DNA from: Ylistrum balloti
Lineage: Eukaryota
NCBI RefSeq assembly: GCF_031769215.1
Contig: NW_026782361.1
Coordinates: 930,001 to 994,000 of the forward strand
DNA length: 64,000 nucleotides
Direction: 5' to 3'
This document shows positions 48,901 through 60,300 of the stretch, in pieces (within the stretch, counting starts at the first letter, position 1; every line of letters starts with the position of its first letter). Below the pieces are notes generated by a model. It saw only the letters and a program-made list of their open reading frames with translations. It was not told the DNA's origin and did not search any database. The position numbers and the translations under genes are program-made.

Positions 48901-51900
48901 CATTTATGGTCTGTACCCATAAAGTCCAGGACATTTAATGTCTACACTCAGATTTCTGTTAATAATAGTGCAGATACACCAAAGTAGACATGGAAAAGTT
49001 GAGTATCAAAAAGTATTAATGAGCAATTGACAGATGTTTAATAAAGAATGACAAAATAAAAATGATTTGACAGATGAAAGTCTTTGTACATTTGTAGGAT
49101 TTGTATCAAATCATTGAACACATGGGATCTTGACATTACCTCTGATTACAGTGCTTCCGGATCAGAAATCAAAATTCTTTGTCGTGGCGATGTCGTTTGT
49201 GAAGGGTCCATTTACTAGTAAGACTCACAAGCGTAAGGAGGTGGTTCAGATCAGTGATGTGTATACACCTATTTGGGAGGACGTTTCTGAGCTTTGGCAT
49301 CTTACTCTACAGGGTAAGTATGGACACTTTGTGTAATGTTACAGATACATTGGAAATCCTCTGAGATTTAAGTGATATATATAATACATGTATATGTGTG
49401 TGTTTTGTTTCGGGCATGGGTCAATTTACAGTAACAATATTTTAGATGATATACCTTATAATACACATTGTTTAAACATTGGTAGGTGAGAAAGTGTGCT
49501 ATAGCCTCACTAATTTTTTTAGTCATCCACTTTCCTTTCCATCCACTGTCATTTATGCGTTAATCTTCTGCAATTCTTGTAGCTTGAACTTCATTCTGAC
49601 CTACATTTTGACCTTTAAAAGAAAATGTTTGTCGGGGCTCCATCTCCCACACTTCTTGCCACTTGAACTTCTTACTTGAGGAATGGGTTCAACTTGGTGA
49701 GGCAGTGTATGGGATATCAAAAGATGGTCACTCTGACTTTCATTTTGACCTCTGACCTATATCAAAGGAAATTTGTCCAGACTCAATCTCCTTCACTACA
49801 GTCACTGGAACTTAACCCATAGTATTTGTGTTCACCTTGGTGAGGGAGTGTCAGTGGGGGACTCTGCTGAATCATCTTGCTAATTTATTAAACAGGAGTA
49901 TCAAATCTGTTGTGAAGCTAAGGAGAATCCCAGTCATTCTACCCCAATATAACTGGAGATATATGACTTGTATTTTTCAGCTATTAGTGAGTGTATCCCG
50001 TTGTTTCCTGTACTGTCACATACACTGCTATCTGCTGGGGTTCTACCTCATTGGAAGAAACTGTTGACTAAAACCTCTGGTATGTACTGGTACTAAGGTC
50101 TCTTAGGGTATGTACCATACAACTTGATTTATCAAGTTACTAGATACTTAAAAATTTAGTCTCACATTTTCTTAAACTTATGCACATATGTCGTCCTAAT
50201 TCTTTTTTTCTCATTGCTGGCAGTTTCAGTTATAAATTACATTTTCACATCCTAAAATATACTGTCACCTTATTGTAATAACTTCATGGTGTCTTTAATT
50301 ATGACATCAGATTTGTGCAACAATATCTAACTCTAGTAAAGTCTCCAGTTAACACTAGATCTTTATTTACATTTTACAATTTGATTTATGTATTTCTTTA
50401 GGCAAAGGTGTTCCAGACAGTGTTCAACAGAGTGTATTAAAACTGATCACAGTGGCTGTGAAAACCAGCCCCAAAGTACGAGAAGTTGCAAAGACAACAG
50501 GATACCTTGTCATTTCACAGTAAGTCAATTATTTGTCATTAGTATATTATTATATACAGCAAAACAACTTTCCTTCTCTCTCAGTTCACTTTTTGCAAAT
50601 TTTTGCATTGGAAGCATTACCAGAAAACTTTGAATCATAACATGTTTTCCTTAATTGAACTTAATTATTGTTTTTTGTACATCTGTTTTTAATTTCATTG
50701 ACAATTTATTGAAGAAGTTTTTAAAAACTGTGAATGACCTTCAATTGCTATCAAAACAAACGCCCAGACACCTAATGAATTTTCCAGTATACAAGTTGTT
50801 ACTTTTTTTCTCCGGGGTGTGGTAGGTTTTTGTCCAGTGTGGCTTGTGTGGCAACAAAAAATAAATCCAAAGGATGGGGAAAAAAGTGCTGTTTTCATAC
50901 AACATCAGGGCTCTCACACCCCATTTTGGGACTGGGGCCCGGGGCCCTTAGAATTGGGAAAAATAGCTGTTTTCCTTAGAATTGGGAAAACTTGGGGTCT
51001 AAATTGGGAAAAAAGATACTATTTTACATTGGGAATGGGGCCGAATATCGGCCCCAAATCTGGCAGATCGAGAGCCCTGAACATACACATTATAAACGTA
51101 AATTTTAAATCACTCGAAGTAACATTTTGATAAAAGTCTTGTAGCACACTGGTTTTTACAAATACCTGACAACCATGTGTTTGTGACTGAAACAGATCGT
51201 GTATAACTGTTACTTGTGATAGTATACAGGATGATTTGAAATCTGCAATAAAAATAACATAACATGGATGTCATTAATCATACCTTTCAGTATTTGAAAC
51301 ATTCATGATTACTTCACAGCAATTGCAAGAAGGCATGGTAGAATTTAAGAATAGACTATGGTACCATTTGATGTGATGTGTGTTTTATTGATGTATTTTA
51401 TTATATACTGTTAAAATATTGATAAAAAGTCAGCTATGAAGCCTATATACTGGTGTGACTCACAATGCCAATATTTATCAATCTGAAAGCTAATAAGATC
51501 AATTAATTGGTCAGGGTATTGTGCCACACTTACTGTTAATAAAGTACCAAAAGTTGTTCTAACCTAAGAAAAGGTCAGCCATGGTACAGTTTCTCTAAAA
51601 TGCCCAATAAAAAGTTGAACAGATGTGACCAAAGTGGGGCTCCCTGTCAGGTTTAAATGTGGACCATACACTTCAAAATTTTAAAAGGGTGTGTTTGAAA
51701 TCAGGGAAGTTAATTATCATGAACTCGTATTCCAGAAATTGCAAAATCATGAAATTAAATGGCCACAAACCTTTTGTGTTGCTGAAATTGGAAGGTCATA
51801 GATGTGACCTTTTGTTGCTGAACTAAGGATTTAGGTACTTTATGTTGCAAATGTAAAATCATTTTGAATCTGATTTTTTTTATTTACAGAACTTACCAGC

Positions 51901-51929
51901 AGACAGATCTACAAAGCTTACTGACCTAA
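36916..51929 (+). CDS. NCDN: neurochondrin (armadillo-like repeat protein), 18 coding exons, about 862 aa
   Basis: Exons 36916-36999, 38044-38143, 38411-38496, 39641-39705, 39906-40048, 40814-40947, 41900-41965, 42083-42158, 42563-42732, 44668-44856, 45112-45230, 45558-46284, 48429-48552, 48685-48771, 49152-49313, 49981-50079, 50402-50519, 51890-51929; GT-AG and phase-consistent. AKSDNEKFAALLL, TKFEMC, QRNPTL, SCIEIRMILE, VRVLGVWMSEETSAL..LLPFL, LLRFLLPAFCH, IWEDVSELW match human NCDN. Terminal exons are less certain. Confidence 0.9.
37140..37360. repeat. dispersed repeat (SINE-like), second copy near 57940-58170
   Basis: GAACAACATACAGGAGGCC is identical at 37212-37230 and 58014-58032; contains TCTTGCCCAAGGACACAAC, a motif common in aquatic-animal SINEs. 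Confidence 0.5.
41247..41776. mobile_element. foldback / MITE-like element with nested inverted repeats in NCDN intron 6
   Basis: Perfect 17-bp IR 41319-41335 / 41644-41660; 16-of-17 IR 41668-41684 / 41734-41750; 10-of-11 IR 41247-41257 / 41766-41776. Confidence 0.45.
43716..44515 (+). mobile_element. non-autonomous rolling-circle element (HINE / DINE-1 / pearl-CvA type) in NCDN intron 9
   Basis: 5' TTAGCCCACCATC with adjacent IR GATGGTGGG, (GTCC)n microsatellite, three ~156-bp core repeats (GTACTGGATGG at 43820, 43976, 44131), 3' subterminal ATGGTGGG (44483-90), terminal stem-loop AAGATCC-ATCT-GGGATCTT, T-rich ends. Confidence 0.8.
46492..48090. repeat. 38-bp minisatellite, about 42 copies, in NCDN intron 12
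   Basis: Unit GCATTAAGACGGAGGTTGAATGGTCAAAGGAATGAGTA. GAGGTTGAAT recurs at 46503 and 46541. Confidence 0.97.
50906..51079. mobile_element. 174-bp MITE with CAGGG termini (hAT-like)
   Basis: Perfect 10-bp TIR CAGGGCTCTC / GAGAGCCCTG, internal ATTGGGAA repeated 4 times, palindrome GGGGCCGA-ATA-TCGGCCCC, flanked by AACAT on both sides. Confidence 0.8.
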
Positions 51930-52199
51930 ACCTTGGATTATACCACATAGCAGTGCCATTACATTTCACATCACCAAATGTTCATTAAAGGTCATATCAA
52001 GTTTTACTCCTGTGTTGCTCTTATTTGTGTAATGTTGTACCTTGATAATAATCTGGAAAAAATCTCTTAAAGAGACTCAGTCTTAAGTTGAGAATACAAA
52101 GATTGCAATCTTAATTAAAACAATGATCATCATTATTACACTCTGTAATATAATCTTAGATTCATGTCAAAAGTAAAAGATGCATTCATAGACCTACCA

Positions 52200-52910
52200 G
52201 TTGATCAGTTTTAATGTTTGAATAGATAGGTGGTCTTTATAGACCGGTGTTGTTTTTACAGGCAATATACAATATAAGGTATATCTATATATAGAGAGAG
52301 TATTTATAGACATGTTATATACATGTATCTAGATAGGTGGGCATTGCCAGGATGTATAGACAGGTGGTGTTAACAGACAAGAAATATATAGACAGATGGT
52401 CATTACAGATAGGATGGTCATTACAGACAGGATATATATATAGACAGGTGGTTTTTACAGACAAGAAATATATAGACAGATGGTCATTACAGACAGGATA
52501 TATATATAGACAGGTGGTTTTTACAGACAAGAAATATATAGACAGATGGTCATTACAGACAGGGTGGTCATTACAGACAGGATATATATATAGACAGGTG
52601 GTTTTTACAGACAGGATATGTAGACAGTTGGTCTTTACAGACAGGTTATATACATGTATCTAAACAGGAGGGCTTTACAGACAGGATGCATATAAACAGG
52701 TGATCTTTACAAACAGGATATAAATAGACATGTGGTCTTCATTGACAGGTGGTCTTTAAAGACAGAATATATATATATATAGACAGGTGGTCTTTACAGA
52801 TAGGACATACATATATAGAAAGGTGGTTTTACAAAGAAAATACATATAGAGAGAGACAGGTGGTCTCTACATACAGGTTATATATGAAAAGGTGGTCATT
52901 ACAGACGGGT
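52200..52910. repeat. degenerate minisatellite of (ATAT)AGACAGGTGGTCTTTAC units between the convergent NCDN and ZFAT 3' ends
   Basis: More than 20 variable-length units; the source of spurious ORFs 52315-52530 and 52337-52663. Confidence 0.85.
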
Positions 52911-53370
52911 TATATTTAAGAAGGCAGTCAAATATTTGGGCAAGAAGAAACAGATTTTAATTTACAATATTGACCTTAGTTGTCCGACGTAGGGAAAAAG
53001 AACAAGGCTTATATTTTGTCTTCACAAATTTAATTTTTCAACATCTTATGCTGATCCTCAAAAAAACAATTTTTTAGCAATAAGATTAAAAACAACTGAA
53101 CATTTTAAAAAGATATTGTGAAATAACATTTGACAATTGTCAGAGTAATATGAGAGGCATTAATACTCCCTAGTCCTCTGTATTACACAAACACTCCTCT
53201 GAAGCATTCATCTCCAACACATATTTACTTTGTTTAGCGACCTATAACAGCACACAGATGTAGGTCTCTCCTTTTAAAACATTCCTCTGATCACAAATAA
53301 AGCTACATATACTGTCTGTTGTCCATTTGGCTCGTTTATAACACAGCACCGTTTACAGACTTCAAACAAG

Positions 53371-56300
53371 TTAATCTGTTTCCATGGACACACTGGCCTC
53401 CTCCATGACAATGCTAGTCTGTATGGTCTCTACCTCTTCAGGAACAGTCTGCACCTCTACTAACGAAGCTTGGTCCAGTTGATCAAACTCTGCTTCCTCC
53501 GGGGTCACATACTGGATAACATACTGCTGGTTCCCCTCTAGTCCTGATCCACCCTCAGTCAACAACACCTCTTCACCCTCCTGTTGGACGATGATGGTCT
53601 CTGGATTTACAGACACCATCTGACCATCTTCTCCCTGGACAGTAAATGGCTGGCCTCCCTAGTGAAACAAGTGAATTACTAAATCAAAAGATGTCCTGGA
53701 AAGTTATGAAGATTTTGACCTACAGCACAGAACCTATATACATTACATTTAACAAAGTACTTAACCAATACCAATCCCCTAATTATTATGGAAAAACTAA
53801 GAAAACACTTATATACATGACATTCCTCCCTCAAGTTTCAAGTGTCAAGTTCACATACTTCACCTATATAGTCAAGTTGCCACAGAGTTTCATTCATTGA
53901 TCTGTTTACATTTGAATTAGTTACCAAGGCAACCATGACTAAAAAGAGATGATAAGCAAGTTTGAAAAACTATCAGAAGTTGATTTACTGTGCCAAGAGA
54001 AGGAGAATGTTTGTCAACACTTCAATAGAAGACAAAAGAAGTTCAGTAGGTCCATCCATAAAAATTTCATTAACAATCCTGGTCCTCCTATCATACTGGA
54101 AGGAAGAATGGCACAGGCCATCCATTTTATAATTACCTGTTGGGACATGTCAATAATCTGTTGTAATATGCTCACAGCTGATTGTGTCTTCTCATCCAAG
54201 TCATTCGTTTCCACTGTGAATTAAAACATTCTTTGCTGAATTCAACCATTGTGAAAACAAAATATTTAGAAACGAATATAATATCTCGCCAGCATCTGTA
54301 CAATTATATCTAGGTAGCCTCGGATCAACAGTTCAGTACAACCCATGAAGCCAGCTCTGGCAAAAGTTCTCTGTTTAATTGATCGTTTAGGTATCTTAAA
54401 GCATTTTTACATCAATGTCTTCAAGCTAGACTTAATGTTATATGAGATATCATATGTAATTATTTACTTATCTGCCATGTAGATATTAGTTCAGAAAAAC
54501 TGATTTTATTTTTGGCCTACAAGTAAAAGTAGTGAACATAAGCTTTCCTAGGGGAGAAGAGGATTAGGTTATTTTGAAAAGCTTGATATTCCTGATTTTT
54601 TTTCTTTTTTTTAATAAGAATTAAGTGTATCCACATGCAAAGATGATATTAAAAAGGGTCTTACTTGTCTGACTAGGTTCAACGACATCTGCAGTTGTCT
54701 CCCCTTCCGCGATCTGCTCCACAATGGTTGATGCCAGAGCATCATCTGTACATTGAAGGACCTGCGGATTGAACAAACGACATGCAAGTTAAAAGCACCT
54801 TTCAGTACAAATTTAGAACTAGATGATACAGTATAGCCAAATATTACATTAAACTGCATCATACAGCTGTTACATATATAGCACGTGCTGCCAAATATCC
54901 TCATCCAGTGTACACTTCCCTACAGCTTTTACTTGAGAATTGACACCTGATGCCTTGTACCTTAATCCAGTAGAGCTACCCTACTGTTTCTACTGGAGAA
55001 ATGACACCTGCTGCCCTGAATAATTACCTGGACTTCGCTGACAGGGACTTGATCCAGACCCTGGATCTGCTGCACCTGTAGGTGATGTCTGATCTTAAGG
55101 TGACGTTTGAGATCGCTCATATTACCAAACAGATAGTCACAGCTGAGACAGCGATATGCCTGTGAGTCCACCATTACAACACGCTTGTCTACTTCTACTC
55201 CACTGGTATTGGGGTACTCAAAAGTTTCCCCCTTATGATGCCTTGTATAATGGATCTTCATATACCCAATGGTGTTAGCAGAGAACTCGCAATGCATGCA
55301 CATGAACCGCTTCACCACATCATGGGTCTGTAGGTGGCGCTTGAGATGACTCCTCTGAGTGGCCTCATATGGACACCTGTGGATTGGTACAATACAGACA
55401 AGTGTAATAATAAATAATAAAAGTTCTCAGTTTTAAAAATCTTTTGGATTGTATGTACACTTATACAGTAAGCCAAATACCTGAAACATTTGGATGTTAT
55501 TTGTAGAGTTGTAATAGCAACATTTCACATAACAGTCACAAAGAGTCAATGATATCTTGGTTTACTGGATTACCTGGTACACTTAAAGAGCTTTCCATCC
55601 TTGTGAGATCTAACATGCCAGCGTAGTGCTGTCTGGGACTTGTAAGCTTTTCCACATTCTGAGCAGGAGTACGGTTTCTCTTCTGTGTGACGCAGCATGT
55701 GGGCCTGGAGATTGTTTTTACTACGGCAAGCATATGTACATAATGGACATTTGTATGGCTTAATGCCCTCGTGAATCCAGATGTGTTTCTGCAGCTCAGA
55801 GTTGGCTCGTATAAACACTTTATCACAGTATGGACACTTGTAAGACCTCCGACCTGCACATAAATGAAAACGTAATTATTATTAGTTTCATAAAATTGAC
55901 CCTTATTCTATATTCTCTCTTGTGGTACAGTATTGACTTATATTGAACAGTCACCTGATCAAACCTCAGTATGGGAGTTTATCTCCTCACAAACACTCCT
56001 TCATACTACATATCTATATCTGTATTCTGGCACAATGATGTCATCCCCAACATCAAAATTATAATGGTATTACGGTTATACAGAAACAAACACACAAAGA
56101 AATAATTAAAAGAGGATCTCACCTAAGTTTCATATTGAATTAACAAATGTCAGAGACACCAGTGTAAGATTCTTTTTATCACATTATTATTACTAATTAG
56201 AAATAAAAGAAAACTCATATAATTTGTTTCTCTATACGACAGATGCAGGCAAAGTTTGGGCACATTGATTCAGGAGGCCAAAACAGTGCTACATGTCTCT

Positions 56301-57335
56301 TGCAATATTTATGACATGGTCACATGAATAGTAGAACTGGCCAGTTATCTTATAAAAGTATAACCCTTTGGTAGATCTGACATTATTTAGGAAAAGTTTT
56401 AAAAATACAAACCGAAAACAACTGTTCAGCTGAGAAATTGTATGAAATTGATAATTACATAATAGAGATTTTAACCTACCCATTTTCCCTTGTGTGCGGT
56501 GTTTGAACTCCTTGTAGCCAGTGACTTTTAGCTGTTCCTCTAGGTTTAAATCTGGGTGATCATTACTGAAGTGGGCCTTCAATTTCTTCATACTAGAAAT
56601 ATGACAATAATTGAGTTTAGTATTGATATGTAGGCCAGTGCTGATTTCTGGGGCAAGAAGTCTCTATATATTCTATATTCTTTTTAATTACATTTCAGTA
56701 TCAGGCCAAATTTGAACAAAAAATAAATAAGTATGGCTTTCCCAGAAGTTCCATATGCAAATTTTATCTCCCCATTTCATAGATAAAGGATGAAAAGGTG
56801 TTAAACAATGTATAACAGGGTTTTTTTGCATGGATATAATTTTGTTACATTTACGACAAATTCAGATTGCGAACAATGCAATCACGAAATGTACATGTTT
56901 GATAAAACAGGGCAACATCTCCCTTTATACATGGATTACATACCATGCTTGGAGATGTACATGTTACTGGTACTCACAATTGTATTGAATTAGATACATC
57001 AAAGTGACAATGAAATCAGTGAAATGAGTAATGGTTCACAGGGCAAGTTAAGAACCAGCTAGACGACACTGCAACTGCTCACATAAAGGTTAACACTATA
57101 CAATGAAACCATTTTGTGGAAATGACGTATCAAGTTGTATGAGTATTTAATCAGTAACAGGGACATGAAACTGTTTCATTAAAACAGGCAGAAGAGAAGC
57201 AGCAGTATATGAACTATGTTATAAAAATATTTATACACATGTATAACTGTATATGTTGGGACTTTTGTCATTAGAGCTTTGCTGCATCTCTTTGTATTAA
57301 TCAAAGGGTTCAAATACAATGTGTGATCAATTGTG

Positions 57336-57370
<35 letters not shown>

Positions 57371-60300
57371 AAAACTTGATTTGACGAGATGCGAGTAAAT
57401 TTTAAATAAAAATGATTTTTGACAAAAGAAGAAAGACGTTACATTTTGCACTAGCGCTTTCACTGTATTAGATCTTCAGGTATTTTTCATCAGATGATCA
57501 CCAATAAATGGTATCATGAAAATTATATCAATACGTTAATTCTAAAAATTCTATAATTCAGTTGTCATGAAAATAATTTATGATATGGTATGACTTTCCT
57601 AAGAGAGCAACATACCAGCAAACAACTTCCCAAAAGTGGCCAAACGATCTTACTTCTAATGATGTCAGATATCTCACTTACTTCTCAAACTTGGATTTGC
57701 AAGTGGGGCACTCTATACCCATGGCTTCATGCAGACCTCGGTGCTTCATGGTATGGTTCCACAGCTGTGAGCGACTGTTAGCCACAAACTCATTGTTACA
57801 GTCCTTACAGGGGAAGGTCAGTTTCTCATGTTCCTTCTCCTTGTGACGGCTCAGATTCTCCTTGGTAAGACCCCGGTAACCACAGATATTACACGGGAAT
57901 GGCTTGTCTCCTGTAATCAAAATCACTGTTAATTCACAAGGTTTATCACTCTGTGAATAGCCAAGGCCATTTTAAGGCAAGGTTTCCTTGAAGAAGCGAG
58001 TGGCTACCTCACTGAACAACATACAGGAGGCCCATCATATGCTATCCAGAGACACAATTGTACCAGACTGATCCATCTCTCAGCCTCCTCAGAAAAAACA
58101 AACCACTACAGGTTGAGACATCCAACCACGCATCTCAGATTTTCACCTGAGGCAACACAGGCTAGCTATCACTATCCCTAAAATCAAAACAACTGTTTCT
58201 AAAAATGCCTTAAAAATCTCGCTGATATAATAATATTGTTTCAAAAAAAGAGATGGTCTGAAGGAATGTTCTTTTCATTAAAGAGTGTTTACTTTAAATA
58301 AAGGTTTGGAACATCTTCTAACATAGTTGATTTTACCTGAGCTACAAATGTGTTCCGATAATCAATGTTTAACACTTATTAATCTAATTAATCCTACTAC
58401 CATGTTGACAAGAACCACGCTCTCTTTGACAGCACACAAATGCTGCAAAAACCTTGGGTAGGATGGTCTTAATAGGTATATACAAGATACAGCTGTTCTA
58501 ATTTTTACAGTCAGTTAAGTCAAACACTGTATAAAACCCTCTTCTTTCTGACAGAAAGAACAAATCAGAAGTTAAAGAGAAATAAAGGTAACTTTTGAAT
58601 ACATTTCCACATTTAACAACCCATTCCACTTCACACTCACTGATACAACATATGATTTAACAAAGCAAGTAGATAAGTGATGGTGTATACCTGTGTGTGT
58701 TCGGAGATGAGTATCAAAGTCGACCTTGTTGTAGTACAATTTACCACAGTATTCACACTCCTCTGTACCAAATGTCTCCCTCATTTTGTGGAAAATGTCC
58801 ATAGTCATCATGTGGTAACCCATACGTTGTATAAGGTCTTTACTTGCTCCCTTGCCTCCTGATTCTCCTGTTCCGTCTATATCACCCAGTTCCTCCAGCT
58901 GATTGTCATCCAGATCATCAGATCCCTCCCCTAGACCTCCCTCTGCCAGTCCAACCTCCTCTACAGTGTCACTGTTGTTTGTCTCTGTGACACCTCCACT
59001 GGTCTCTGTCTCCATGGCCTCTGCGGATGTAGTGACTTCCTTATCATTAATATCTGGGTTATCAACATTTTTACTGGTGTCTTGTAAGCTCTCTTTATCA
59101 TTGTTATCCAAGGCTTTGGCTGCAACATAAGAATAAACAATTGGTGTATGATAGTTACTGACCAGATCAATAATAATATGATATAATAGTGACCTGTAAT
59201 TTAAAATAAAAAATGGAAACATATAAGCTACCCTAATGATAATGCAATTGATGAGATTCTAAACACCCTTATTATAAAGCATCTTTTAAAATATAGAAGT
59301 GTATTAATTAGGTTATAATTATCTTTATTTTGTCTTTTACAAAATACCAATTTTACCTTCAACAAGAAGAGACTCCTGTCCAGACACAGAGCTCTCAACC
59401 TGGGCTGCACTGTCAGTTTCCCTGACCTGTCCCTGTGAGGTTTGTAACGCTACAGACACAAGGTCCTCTCTCACGTCTCCAGAGCCTCCGTGTACATCAA
59501 CAGTGTCTAAAGACTTATTGGTACACATCAGATCCCCTGTCACATCACCAGAACCACTGTTCACATCACCAGAGCCACTGTTCACATCACCAGCATCTGA
59601 AGACTTGTCTGAACACATCACACCAAGCTCTGTATTTAGCTTGGCTTCATTTTTCATTACAGAGCTAGAAAGTTCAGGAGGTAGGTTGATGAACTCCTTC
59701 ATCTCAAACAGTTCATCTGGTTCTGGGAGATACAGGCTGTAGTTGATACACTGCTCAAACAGCTCCTCCCACTTATTGGTCAGGTCAACCTTGAGATGGA
59801 CACTGGTCAGATGGTCAATCAGACGTATTGTGCTGAGGAACTTACTGTGACATTTGACACATCTATAGATGACACGATGTTTCTGGTAGTGCTTGTCCAA
59901 GTATACCTTACGACTGGCAGTGTAGTCACACAATTCACAGTGTTGTATGCTGGGAATATCTTTGATGTCATGTACAAATAGATGGCGATCACGATCAACC
60001 TTCTTTTTAAATTTCCGATTACAGACATGACACTGGTGGATGACAGTTGAGCCCTTTGTAGGGTTCTGAAGGAATGTTGCTAGATATTCACGACCTCGTT
60101 CAGTACTGCTATGGTACTTTCTGATGTGGTTAATCATAGATTTTAATGTCTTGTACGTCTTTTTACAAATATCACACTTTTCTTTAGCTTTGTTGTGTGT
60201 GGCTACATGCTCCAGCAAATGACTTTTGTTGACAGATTTAAAAGAACATTCACTACACTTGTAGTATTGGCCTGTGTGCTTCCTCATGTGTGTGTACAAG

